From: Minisyncoccota bacterium
GTDB taxonomy: Bacteria; Patescibacteriota; Minisyncoccia; Phycocordibacterales; SBAW01
Length of the DNA stretch: 64,000 bases
Direction: 5' to 3'
NCBI GenBank assembly: GCA_035548815.1
Contig: DASZSF010000004.1
Location: forward strand, 57,261 to 121,260
Made by a program: the position numbers and the translations under genes. The notes beneath the pieces were generated by a model. The model was not told the DNA's origin, searched no databases, and saw only the letters and a program-made list of their open reading frames with translations. Position 1 is the first letter of the stretch. Each line of letters begins with the position of its first letter. Below are positions 49,177-58,592 of the stretch, piece by piece.

Positions 49177-49845
49177 GTGAAAATTCTCATAGTAGAGGAT
49201 GAGCAGAACATTGCTCACTTTTTGAAAGAATCGCTCGAGGCAGAATACTTTGCGGTCGACCTTGCAGAGGATGGAGAATACGGGAGCCACTTAGCCCAGA
49301 TAAACGAATACGACCTCATCATTCTTGATGACAACGTACCAAAAAAGGATGGCATTGAAGTTATCCGAGAAATACGCGAAGGCGGTGTTGCGGCCCCGGT
49401 CATCGTCATGTCGCACAAAGATGACAGCGCTCACACTATACGCCTGCTCAACGCTGGCGCAGACGACTGCCTGCCAAAACCCTTTGTATTGGGCGAGCTT
49501 TTGGCTCGCGCACGGGCGCTACTGCGTCGACCCAAGACGCTCGAAAAACCTGTCTACAGCATAGGCGACCTCACGGTTAACACCCGTGCCTGCACGGTGA
49601 CACGTGGCGAAAAGCAGGTCTACTTAACGCGCAAAGAATTTATGCTCCTTCACTACCTCATGCAAAACGAAGGCGTGGTGCTTTCGCGCGGGATGATACT
49701 CGAGCATGTGTGGGACATGAACACCAATATTTTCTCCAATACTATCGAGTCGCACATGCTTTCGCTTCGCAAAAAGATAGGTGACTATGGAAATCAGCGC
49801 CTCATCCATACCATCCCTGGTCGCGGCTACCGCATAAGCACATAG
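49177..49845 (+). CDS. OmpR/PhoB-family response regulator (no adjacent kinase)
   Basis: ILIVEDE, DLIILD, KPF, LTRKEF, TIPGRGY. Confidence 0.94.
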   Translation: MKILIVEDEQNIAHFLKESLEAEYFAVDLAEDGEYGSHLAQINEYDLIILDDNVPKKDGIEVIREIREGGVAAPVIVMSHKDDSAHTIRLLNAGADDCLPKPFVLGELLARARALLRRPKTLEKPVYSIGDLTVNTRACTVTRGEKQVYLTRKEFMLLHYLMQNEGVVLSRGMILEHVWDMNTNIFSNTIESHMLSLRKKIGDYGNQRLIHTIPGRGYRIST

Positions 49846-49906
49846 CAAAAAACCTCCTAAAACCCTAATAAAATTTCGATAAAATCTATCTAAAAATTCG
49901 CACCTT

Positions 49907-49982
49907 TGGTGCGCGCGCTAGGGATCGAACCTAGGACCTTTCGAGTATCAGTCGAATGCTCTACCAACTGAGCTACGCGCGC
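49907..49982 (-). tRNA. tRNA-Ile(GAT)
   Basis: GCGCGCG acceptor stem, TTCGA-CT-GAT-AC-TCGAA anticodon arm, GGTTCGA T-arm, encoded CCA. Confidence 0.96.
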
Positions 49983-50050
49983 GTGTAGGCACTATACCAA
50001 AAGCTCCCTCAGCAGTAAATGCTTTGGGATTTTTTGATTTTAGAGAAACA

Positions 50051-51719
50051 CATCTTTCTTTTGTTCCGTTCTACAGTCCCCTGACGTAAGGGGAGACCGA
50101 GTACAGTATAGGATCAGTACTATCATCCAATTCCCTTGCGAGAATTATCGCCTTTTCAGTTGTGACCTCGTACGAGGGGCACAACGTCTTTCATTTGAAT
50201 TGTTCCACGAGCAGCTTCCGCTACCCGTGCCTTGTTACGACTTACTCCCTATCACCGAGCTTGCCGTGGGCCGCGCGAGGCGGACTTCGGGCACTCCCGG
50301 CTCTCTTGAGTTGACGGGCGGTGAGTACAAGACTTGAGAACGTATTCACCGCGGTATAGCTGACCCGCGATTACTAGCGATTCCGGCTTCATGAGGTCGA
50401 GTTGCAGACCTCAATCCGAACTGGGCACTCGTTTAAAGGATTGGCTCAGGGTTACCCCGTCGCGACCCGTTGTCGAGTGCATTGTATCATGCGTGCAGCC
50501 CAGGATATCAGAGGGACATGCTGATCTGGCGTCATCCGCACCTTCCTCCCCCGTGAGGGGGCAGTCTCGCCTGACATATAAAACAGGCAACGCGGGTTGC
50601 GTTCGTTACCCCACTGAAGGGAACAACTCAAGCCACGAACTGACGACGACCATGCATCACCTGCCCAGCCGTCTTGCGAGGTCCAAAGTTTCCTAAGGAT
50701 TACGTCTGGGTTTCAAACCCTGGTGAGGTTCTTCGTTTGCCATCGAATTGAGCCGCATGATCCACCGCTTGTGCAAGTCCCCGTCTATTCCTTTGAGTTT
50801 TAATCTTGCGATCGTACTACCCAGGCGCCTAACTTAACGCGTTAGCTACGTCTCGGAGAGGGTCGATACTCCCCAAAACTAGTTAGGATCGTTTAGGGCG
50901 TGGACTACCGGGGTATCTAATCCCGTTCGATTCCCACGCTTTCGTGTTTCAGCGTCAGATGTGCGCCAGTATGCTGCCTTCGCATTTGGTGTTCCCCATA
51001 ATATCAACGGATTTCACCCCTACACTATGAGTTCCGCATACCTCTCGCACCCTCGAGTCGTGCCGTTTCCACCGCGTTTTCTAGGTTAAGCCTAAAAGCT
51101 TTCACGAAGGACTAACACGACCGCCTACACACCCTTTACGCCCAGTGATTCCGGATAACGCTTGGGGCCTCTGTATTACCGCTCCTGCTGGCACAGAGTT
51201 AGGAGCCCCTTATTCATGGGGTAACGTCAATTACTTCCTCCCCCATAAAAGGTCTTTACGTCCCGAAGGACTTCATCAACCACGCGACGTCGCTCCATCA
51301 GGCTTTCGCCCATTGTGGAAAGTTCTTGACTGCAGCCATCCGTAGATGTATAGCCCGTGTCTCAGTGCTATCGGTGAAGGTCAGCCTCTCAGCTCTTCTA
51401 AGCGTCATAGGCTTGGTAGGCCATTACCCTACCAACTACCTGATGCTGCGCAGGCCGCTCAAAAAGCGGATTACTCCTTTAAAGTCGCCTTACTATCGGG
51501 AATTACCTAACCTTTCGGCTAGCTATGCCCGACTTTTCGGTGCGTACCTGCGTTATACTACCTCGTCTGCCGGTTGCCTTGCGGCCCCCTTGACTTGCAT
51601 GCCTAATCCACGTCGCCAGCGTTCATCCTGAGCTAGGATCAAACTCTGAATATAAGAGACAATGCCACAAATAAATGTGTCATGTTCTTGTTACTGTAGA
51701 ACGGAACAAGAGAAAGATG
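50051..51719. repeat. 27-bp inverted repeat flanking 16S (leader-trailer processing stem): 50051-50077 and 51693-51719
   Basis: catctttcttttgttccgttctacagt vs actgtagaacggaacaagagaaagatg, one mismatch. Confidence 0.85.
50193..51654 (-). rRNA. rrs: 16S rRNA (Parcubacteria-like); ends approximate
   Basis: AGAGTTTGATCCTAGCTCAG, GTGCCAGCAGGAGCGGTAA, GGATTAGATACCC, AAGTCGTAACAAGG landmarks in order over about 1460 nt. Confidence 0.98.
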
Positions 51720-52001
51720 CCCAACATTCTTATGTTGAGAATTAAACAGTCACTTGTTCCTGTCCATGCCTTCTACCGGAAAAAGTTAGAAGGACTTTTG
51801 TTTCTTGCGTCTCTAAGCGACCGCTCCTATGTGGCCACCTAGAAACTGATCAATGTTTCAATTTCGATTATTGATGCTTCTTCTCTACTGCCCTGCTGCG
51901 CTACTAAAGAAGTTTTTATTCTGTTTTCAAATGACAAACCCGCCATAGGCGGGGCTTCAACCGGACTGGTTAAATACCACCTTAGCAAGTCATACCGAGC
52001 C

Positions 52002-52029
52002 ATTATAGCCGTTTAAAGCCCCTCGTCAA
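52002..52029 (-). promoter_or_regulatory. sigma70 rRNA promoter
   Basis: TTGACG-16 nt-TATAAT with an AT-rich upstream tract; the 16-bp spacer is typical of rrn promoters. Confidence 0.8.
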
Positions 52030-52055
52030 GCTCGTGTTTAGCCTTATTTACAAAG

Positions 52056-52085
52056 GAAAAGGCCCCGCTCGAAAGAGCGGGGCCT
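52056..52085 (-). terminator. Intrinsic terminator insulating the rrn promoter
   Basis: aggccccgctc/gagcggggcct 11-bp stem followed by a T-run on the minus strand. Confidence 0.85.
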
Positions 52086-52104
52086 GACCGTAAATCGCTA
52101 CGGT

Positions 52105-52791
52105 TCAGATCTTGCCGGCAACCAGAAACGCCGACACGCAGTCCTTGGGGACCGCTTCAGCTGGACCCCAGGTCTGAATCTGGCGCGAGCCTTGATGGAA
52201 GTCAAATTCGAGGTACTTCGGGCGCTTCCCACCCGGGTCACGGTTACTCAATGCCCTCTGCACATTGATGGTGATAGGCGCGTGCGGGCAGTGAATGCTC
52301 GTGATTCCTTCTGACAGAAGATGCTCGATGAGACCCGGCGTCTTGACGAGAGGACGCATGATGCCAGCGGGCGGGCGGGTATACCCGCAAGCCTCCGCAA
52401 ATTCAGAGAGTGCCGCGGGAATGACGAAAGAATACTTGTCGTCGACGACCGCGGCATGCGGCACGAGGACGACCTTGTACTCCTTGCCAGACACGAGCCT
52501 GTGACACTCTTCGTAACTATCCAGCCCCGCGCTCTGGAACAGGAGCCGGGCAAACTCGCCACCAGGCCCATCAATATTCCAGCCGCGCAGGCTGCGCATC
52601 TCCTCTGCCACGAGGAAAGTGTCGCCGATCACGGTGAGCTCCACCCATCCGCGCTCGTTGATGGTGAAGATGCGCTTGGGATCATGGACCGTCACCTCGC
52701 CAGAGAGGAAACGGAGGGCCGCATCCAACCCGCCGAGCTTGTTGACGATTGCTTCCATAGTCCCCATATCAAGCTTTGGATACTTTGCCAT
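52105..52791 (-). CDS. Hypothetical protein (N-terminal YPKLDMGTMEAIVNKLGG motif)
   Basis: Open frame with own TTGACT promoter and terminator; N-terminal motif recalled from Parcubacteria hypotheticals; start placed at MAKYPK. Confidence 0.7.
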   Translation of the reverse strand: MAKYPKLDMGTMEAIVNKLGGLDAALRFLSGEVTVHDPKRIFTINERGWVELTVIGDTFLVAEEMRSLRGWNIDGPGGEFARLLFQSAGLDSYEECHRLVSGKEYKVVLVPHAAVVDDKYSFVIPAALSEFAEACGYTRPPAGIMRPLVKTPGLIEHLLSEGITSIHCPHAPITINVQRALSNRDPGGKRPKYLEFDFHQGSRQIQTWGPAEAVPKDCVSAFLVAGKI

Positions 52792-52922
52792 GGCAATGCC
52801 TTTCCGGCTGATAGCCGGTTTCCGTCCGTACCTGATAGATACGAACATATGCAATGAGCTATCCTGAAGTCCGCGACGCGGGTTCATTAGCTGACATTTT
52901 TATACTAAAAAATTACAAAAAG

Positions 52923-53486
52923 TCAAGAGTTACCATGACGCCCTTTTAGGGCCTTTTCGACCTCTAAAAACAAGGCTTCTGGAGTGCTGTCGTTATGGAA
53001 GACATGGTCGGCTTTTGCAATTGCTGCGCCCAAGTTATTCATATTTGGATCTGTTTGGGACATCTCAAATTCTTGTTCCGCCTTGAATTGTTCAAATGAA
53101 ACGTTGTCTTTAGTGCTGCCTCTTTTTTGTATGCGCTCGTAGCGAGTTTCTAAGTTTGCATCAACTGCAAATTCAACGCCTCCTATAGACTGGATAAATT
53201 CAACTTCACCGCGCGTGTGCTGAGGTTCGATGATGACGTTCTTGCCAGCATCGATACTTGCCTTCGCCATTTCATACACTGCCTCCATAAGTTTGGTTGG
53301 TCCCTTTGCTCGAAACTCATTGGCAATGTCTCGGCGAGTGATTCGGTCTGGTTCAAGTCCGCGCTTTTTTGCTTCGTTCACTAAAAATGTGTCCGACACA
53401 GCAAAATGCTCAAACCCTTTTGTTTTGAGATACTCAACAACCGTTCCCTTCCCTGCCCCTAAGGTTCCGGTGATGCCGATGATCAT
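52923..53486 (-). CDS. P-loop nucleotide kinase (dephospho-CoA/NMP-kinase-like)
   Basis: IIGITGTLGAGKGT, RYERIQKRG, ADHVFHN. Confidence 0.82.
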   Translation of the reverse strand: MIIGITGTLGAGKGTVVEYLKTKGFEHFAVSDTFLVNEAKKRGLEPDRITRRDIANEFRAKGPTKLMEAVYEMAKASIDAGKNVIIEPQHTRGEVEFIQSIGGVEFAVDANLETRYERIQKRGSTKDNVSFEQFKAEQEFEMSQTDPNMNNLGAAIAKADHVFHNDSTPEALFLEVEKALKGRHGNS

Positions 53487-53488
53487 GA

Positions 53489-54394
53489 TTATTTAGAACT
53501 CTTGCGAGACCAGCGTTCCCAGACGACGAGAAGAGGAGATGCGAGGAAGATAGACGAGTAGGTGCCGGCTATCATACCGATGATGAGTGTGAGGGAGAAG
53601 TCTTTTGTCGATGCTGGACCAACAAAGTAGAGCGCCGCGAGCATGATAACAACTGTGAGCGACGTGTTGATTGAGCGAGCAAGAGTTTGCGTGATAGAGC
53701 GGCCGACGACTTCGTCGAATGCTTCATGACGATTGCGGCTTGCATTCAAAGCAAGGTTCTCGCGGATGCGGTCGAATACGACAATAGTGTCGTTGATAGA
53801 AATACCGAGGATTGTAAGGAGGCCGACGATGAACAATGCATCAACTTCTGCACCGTTGTAGAAGCCTAAGAATGCAAAGAGACCAACTGGCACCAGCACG
53901 TCGTGCAAGAGCGTCACAATTGCCACAACGCCGTACTTCCACGATGCAACCGGCTTTGAAACATGGCGGAACGCGAATGCGATAAAGAGAATGATACAGA
54001 CGACAACGAGCACGATAGCGATAAGGCCTTTATGCAGAAGTTCTGCACCGAGGATTGGGCCAACGGATGTGTACTGGTCTTCGTGTATCTGACCCAAGCC
54101 TCCAAGCACTGCTTCGAGCTGATTTTTTTCTTGCGTTGAAAGGTCGCGCTGGCGCAAGATGTAGCCCGTGTCGCCTGTCGGCTGAACGCGAACTTCGCCC
54201 AAGTTCAACTGCTTCGTGAGCTGCTGGATCTGTTCAACCGGCGGGCGGCCGTTCGGGTACGAAACCTGCAAGAGCGATCCGCCTGCGAGGTCAATGCCCG
54301 GATTCAATCCCCACGTCGCAATAGCGACGATCGAAAGGATCGAAAGAAGAGCCGGAAGAATGAAGAAATATTTGAGATTTTTTGCGACTTGCAT
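53489..54394 (-). CDS. secF: Protein translocase subunit SecF
   Basis: GIDLAGGS, LLHDVL, SINDTIVVFDRIREN, RSINTS, GTYSSIFLA. Confidence 0.96.
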   Translation of the reverse strand: MQVAKNLKYFFILPALLSILSIVAIATWGLNPGIDLAGGSLLQVSYPNGRPPVEQIQQLTKQLNLGEVRVQPTGDTGYILRQRDLSTQEKNQLEAVLGGLGQIHEDQYTSVGPILGAELLHKGLIAIVLVVVCIILFIAFAFRHVSKPVASWKYGVVAIVTLLHDVLVPVGLFAFLGFYNGAEVDALFIVGLLTILGISINDTIVVFDRIRENLALNASRNRHEAFDEVVGRSITQTLARSINTSLTVVIMLAALYFVGPASTKDFSLTLIIGMIAGTYSSIFLASPLLVVWERWSRKSSK

Positions 54395-54397
54395 AAA

Positions 54398-55720
54398 TTA
54401 GTTCGTTATTCCTGAGCGAAGCAAAAAGCGGCCAACTGCTGTCTTAGTGGTGATGCCAAGCGCCAGCAAGAATGTGCGTGAAATCACGATTGCTGAGAGC
54501 ATCGAGATGATGACACCCAGGCCAAATACGAGCGCAAATCCTTTGATGAGCGAGGTGCCGAACCAGAAGAGAATGACTGCGGCGATAATGTGCGCGATGT
54601 TCGAGTCGCGGATAGCGTTCCACGCGCGAGAGAAGCCTGCGCCAATTGCTTCCTGGGCATTCTTCCCGTCGCGAAGTTCTTCTTTCATGCGCTCTGCAAT
54701 GAGCACGTTTGCATCCACTGCCAAGCCAACGGACAGGATGAAGCCCGCGATACCTGCAGCAGTCAGCACGACCGGAATGAGCTTGAAAAGCGCGAGCATC
54801 AAGATGCAGTAAATAAGGAGCGAGACAACTGCAACGATGCCCGGCACGCGATACCAAACAATCATAAACACCGCGAGGATAAGGAAGCCGAGGAGTCCTG
54901 CATATACACCTGCATGGACGGCCTGTTCGCCCAGCGTTGCACCGATAGTTTCAGTGCTTGCCAACGTAATCGGCACTGGAAGTGCGCCGAGGTTCAAGTT
55001 GGTTGCCAAGTCTTTTGCTTGCTGCGCGCTGAAGCTACCAGAGATAATTGCGCTGCCGTTATCAATCTTTTCCTGAATAACTGGAAGTGAGAGGAGCTTG
55101 CCATCGAGGAAGATCCCGAGATTGCGGCCGACGTTCTTAGAGGTTATATCCGCAAAGCGCTGCGAACCTTCGCTGTTAAACGTAACTTGTACGACAGGGG
55201 TCTGGAGGCTGTTTGATCCATTGCCAAACTGCAATGCTGCAGAGGTAATATATTTGCCGGTAAGCCCTGTGTCTTCGAACGAATTTGGGTTAACTGTGCC
55301 GTCTGCATTTGTTGCAGATACGTCGCTGCCCGACTTGAGCAATCTAAAGTCCAACGTCGGGGTCTGACCGATCATTGCAATAGCCTGGTTCACATCCGTG
55401 ACGCCCGGCAATTCAACAACAAGGCGGTATGCGCCGTTGCCCAAGGCACCCGACTGTTCTGTCTGCACGACAGGCTCGCCGACGCCAAAGGCGTTGACGC
55501 GGCGTTCGATAACTGCCTGGAGCGCATTCATTGAGTCGGCTACTTCGCCGCTTGGGACACTGCTTGTGTCGGCGTTGTAGACCAGGTGCGTGCCGCCCGA
55601 AAGGTCGAGCCCTAACTTAAACGCGAAGCGCCCGTCAGGGGTGTTCGTTTTCCATACAAAAAAAGCAACTGCTGCCGCGGCAATGAGCACCAGCACGGCG
55701 GTATAACGCAATTTAAACAT
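54398..55720 (-). CDS. secD: Protein translocase subunit SecD
   Basis: LGLDLSGG, RRVNAFGVGEP, GALPVP, AVDANVLIAER, IRDSN. Confidence 0.96.
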   Translation of the reverse strand: MFKLRYTAVLVLIAAAAVAFFVWKTNTPDGRFAFKLGLDLSGGTHLVYNADTSSVPSGEVADSMNALQAVIERRVNAFGVGEPVVQTEQSGALGNGAYRLVVELPGVTDVNQAIAMIGQTPTLDFRLLKSGSDVSATNADGTVNPNSFEDTGLTGKYITSAALQFGNGSNSLQTPVVQVTFNSEGSQRFADITSKNVGRNLGIFLDGKLLSLPVIQEKIDNGSAIISGSFSAQQAKDLATNLNLGALPVPITLASTETIGATLGEQAVHAGVYAGLLGFLILAVFMIVWYRVPGIVAVVSLLIYCILMLALFKLIPVVLTAAGIAGFILSVGLAVDANVLIAERMKEELRDGKNAQEAIGAGFSRAWNAIRDSNIAHIIAAVILFWFGTSLIKGFALVFGLGVIISMLSAIVISRTFLLALGITTKTAVGRFLLRSGITN

Positions 55721-55857
55721 GTCGTGAGAATACCAGGAAAGCTCTGCATTTCAAAGCCCTTGACTGGTCAAAAAATAGTTGTCGCAAAACCTATCCACAG
55801 GCTCTCTTAGGCGAGCTGGCTCATACTGAAGCCAGACCACAACCCGGGAGTCCGGTC

Positions 55858-56694
55858 ATGAACATCGACACGCTGGATACCAAAGGGTTTGTCGCCTTTC
55901 CGTATCCCCGAATGCTCCAAGAAGCCGTGCTGCGGAGTCTGGCGTCGTGGAGGCTCTTCTGCGAACTTCCGCTCGAGGCCAAACATCTGCTTTCCGGCGG
56001 CGACCGAATCAACGACTTCGGCTATATGCGGCGCAAGGATACAAGCCCGCATGCCGACGACAAAGAGATCTTCCATGCACTTCGTGCGAACTACCCGCTG
56101 CTGCTTCCCAAAGCAAGGCACGTGGGCGACCTGCGAGCGGTCGGCTTCATCCGGAGCATTGACTTTCTCATCACGCACATCGCTCCAACAGTACGCGCAT
56201 TTGCGCACGCTGTGGAGCAGCGCTACGCCTTGCCAGGGTTTACTGACGAGGTGATGGGAAGTTCTGACTTCTGGACGTTCCGATTCCTGCGGTATCCGAA
56301 GAACAGCCCGACGCTCGCTCATGCGCATGCCGATCGGGGCGGATTCACATTCCACCTCTGCGAGACAGAGGGCGGAGGCGAATATCTGGGATTCGACAAG
56401 ACGTGGCGTCAATGGCCCGTGAGCAGAAAGCGGACCATCATTTTTGGTAGCATGGGCCTTCAGTATCGCTCGGAGAACAAGATCAAAGCTCTGTGGCACA
56501 GGGTCAGTTCTGAACCCACAGCTATACCCGAGCGGTTCGCCATGGTAGTGTTCGTCGACTTCCAGTCGTCACATCGGTTTCATACCGAAAAATACCCGCA
56601 CGTGCAGCAGTTCACCCCGGGATTCAACTACAACATAGCCTTCCCGGATTTGGCACAGTACTTTATCGAACGTGCACACCCGGTCCCAGGCTGA
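55858..56694 (+). CDS. 2OG-Fe(II) dioxygenase, isopenicillin-N-synthase-like fold
   Basis: RFLRYP, HAD (HxD), distal WHRV, ERFAMVVF. Confidence 0.82.
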   Translation: MNIDTLDTKGFVAFPYPRMLQEAVLRSLASWRLFCELPLEAKHLLSGGDRINDFGYMRRKDTSPHADDKEIFHALRANYPLLLPKARHVGDLRAVGFIRSIDFLITHIAPTVRAFAHAVEQRYALPGFTDEVMGSSDFWTFRFLRYPKNSPTLAHAHADRGGFTFHLCETEGGGEYLGFDKTWRQWPVSRKRTIIFGSMGLQYRSENKIKALWHRVSSEPTAIPERFAMVVFVDFQSSHRFHTEKYPHVQQFTPGFNYNIAFPDLAQYFIERAHPVPG

Positions 56695-56716
56695 CAACCT
56701 CGGGACTTTTCTTTTT
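56683..56716 (+). terminator. Intrinsic terminator
   Basis: gtcccagg/cctcgggac stem followed by ttttcttttt. Confidence 0.65.
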
Positions 56717-57503
56717 ATTGATGCTTCGCGAGAGCGAAAAGATTTTTGAAAATCATGGCGACAGCGATGGGGCCAATGCCGCCGGGAACGGGCGTAAAGA
56801 CTGACGCAACTTCCGCGCATGCTGGGTCGGCGTCGCCAGCTAAGCGACCAGCATCTTCTGATGTACCCGCATCTATCAATACGACTTTTTCTTTGAGCAT
56901 GTCTGGCTTTACGAGCCCCGGCTCCCCTGCTCCAAGCACGACGATGTCCGCATCTTTCAATTCATCTAGACTTCCTTCGTCTTTGGTGATGACGGTGACA
57001 TGCGCCCATAAATCGCGGAGCAATTCTGCAACAGGCGCCCCGACAAGTTTGCCCGCACCCACCACAACTGCTTTTTTGCCCGATGCAGATACACCCATGC
57101 GGACCAGCACTTCCGACACCGCACCAGCCACAGGTGCCAGCACAGCAGTTTGAACACCCGCTATAGCGTCGACGTCTTTGTGAGCTGGCAGAGCAGCAAG
57201 TATGTCAGCCGCGTTGATGTTTGAAGGAAGCGGCATTTGAATGATGATGCCGGCGCACTGCTCGTCTAAGCGCTCGAGTGCGGCGAGTGCATCTTCAGTT
57301 GTGCAATTGTCCGGCAGAAGTTCGCGAACCACTTCAACAGAAAGCTTTTGCGCAACACGCTCCTTGATTCGTACAAATGATGCCGACGCAGCATCCTCTG
57401 CACCCATAAGCACGCCGAGTTTCAAATCAGACGGCAATGTGCCGCGCTCTTTTATAAGCGCATCAACAATGCTTGCCGCAATTGCTTTTCCATCAACTAT
57501 CAT
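56715..57503 (-). CDS. folD: Methylenetetrahydrofolate dehydrogenase/cyclohydrolase
   Basis: IVDGKAIA, IIQMPLP, KDVD, LVGAP, TPVPGGIGP. Confidence 0.93.
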   Translation of the reverse strand: MIVDGKAIAASIVDALIKERGTLPSDLKLGVLMGAEDAASASFVRIKERVAQKLSVEVVRELLPDNCTTEDALAALERLDEQCAGIIIQMPLPSNINAADILAALPAHKDVDAIAGVQTAVLAPVAGAVSEVLVRMGVSASGKKAVVVGAGKLVGAPVAELLRDLWAHVTVITKDEGSLDELKDADIVVLGAGEPGLVKPDMLKEKVVLIDAGTSEDAGRLAGDADPACAEVASVFTPVPGGIGPIAVAMIFKNLFALAKHQ

Positions 57504-57506
57504 CGT

Positions 57507-58583
57507 CTAGTTCTTGTGCCGGCGGAGAGGTTCAGGAACAAATTCTTCGTATTCACCATTGGTGTAATAGAACGCATCGAATGACGGTGCGGAGTATTGG
57601 AAACCATATTCGCGCGTGAGTTTTGAGCCATCCACTGCTATCGGGTAGGAGTAACTCTTCCAGCCACCTTTCGAAGTTGGCACACGACCCCGAGTCCCGT
57701 GCCACATGCAGAAAAATACAAACCGTATGAGCTGCGGGTGGACATACAAAATGCGCTTTCCTACTGCGCGCGCCATATCGGGCGCACGAACAACATCACC
57801 CGGCGGGCAAAGATTGAACGCGTTGTACGATTTTTTGAGCGGCGAAAACGCAAGGAGTTCGACAATGCGCACGACGTCATCTTCGTGAATGAATTGGCGG
57901 AGCCATGTATGCGTTGCTGGCACAAAGCGTGTCATAAGCGATACAACGCGGTGCACGAACGACTCTTTGAGTTGACCCGAAAGGGCGGCCTGAAGGCCGA
58001 ATCGTATACGCATGTAGCGACCACGCGGCCCCGTGATTGCCGCAGGGCGTACGATAGCGACTTCTATATCCCGACCGCGCTCTTTTGCTGTTGCATATTT
58101 TTCTTCCAAATGTGATTCGGTAATGCGCTTTTCTTCCGCATACAAATAGTCGCTGACGCGGAATCCCTCTTCTTCTTTGTATCGATGGTCGACGCTGTTG
58201 TCTTTGCGCGCACCATAAGACGCAACGGTTGAAAAATGTACAAGTCGCTTTACGAACGAGTGCTCGAAGCAGAAATCAAAGACACGGTCCGAGCCGTCGA
58301 TATTCCATTTCCATTGCGTCTCTTTTTTTCCGTACATCTCGCGGATCTGCCACGCTGCATGTATGACAACATCTGGCTGGTATGGCAGGACTTGCGTCTC
58401 CCACTCCGCGTCGGATAGATTTTTATGAATGTAGTGAAGCTTTTTCTCGTCCTTGATGAGGTCCGGCAGCGGCTCTTTGTCTATACCAATGATGGTTTTG
58501 ACATCATCACGCATAGCAAAACGTCGGACGAGCATTTGCCCGACGTATCCGCCCGCTCCCGTTATAAGGACTGTGTGTTGCAT
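57507..58583 (-). CDS. NAD-dependent epimerase/dehydratase
   Basis: ITGAGGYVG, HAAW, YAEEK, QFIHEDDV. Confidence 0.88.
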   Translation of the reverse strand: MQHTVLITGAGGYVGQMLVRRFAMRDDVKTIIGIDKEPLPDLIKDEKKLHYIHKNLSDAEWETQVLPYQPDVVIHAAWQIREMYGKKETQWKWNIDGSDRVFDFCFEHSFVKRLVHFSTVASYGARKDNSVDHRYKEEEGFRVSDYLYAEEKRITESHLEEKYATAKERGRDIEVAIVRPAAITGPRGRYMRIRFGLQAALSGQLKESFVHRVVSLMTRFVPATHTWLRQFIHEDDVVRIVELLAFSPLKKSYNAFNLCPPGDVVRAPDMARAVGKRILYVHPQLIRFVFFCMWHGTRGRVPTSKGGWKSYSYPIAVDGSKLTREYGFQYSAPSFDAFYYTNGEYEEFVPEPLRRHKN

Positions 58584-58592
58584 AGATGTACT

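Noticed and set aside
50391-51631. ORFs inside the 16S region; possible rRNA intron or homing endonuclease
   Set aside because: Antisense to rRNA; landmark spacing gives a normal-length 16S with no room for a large insertion
50051-51719. 27-bp inverted repeats as transposon ends
   Set aside because: They bracket the 16S gene as a leader-trailer processing helix; no transposase is present
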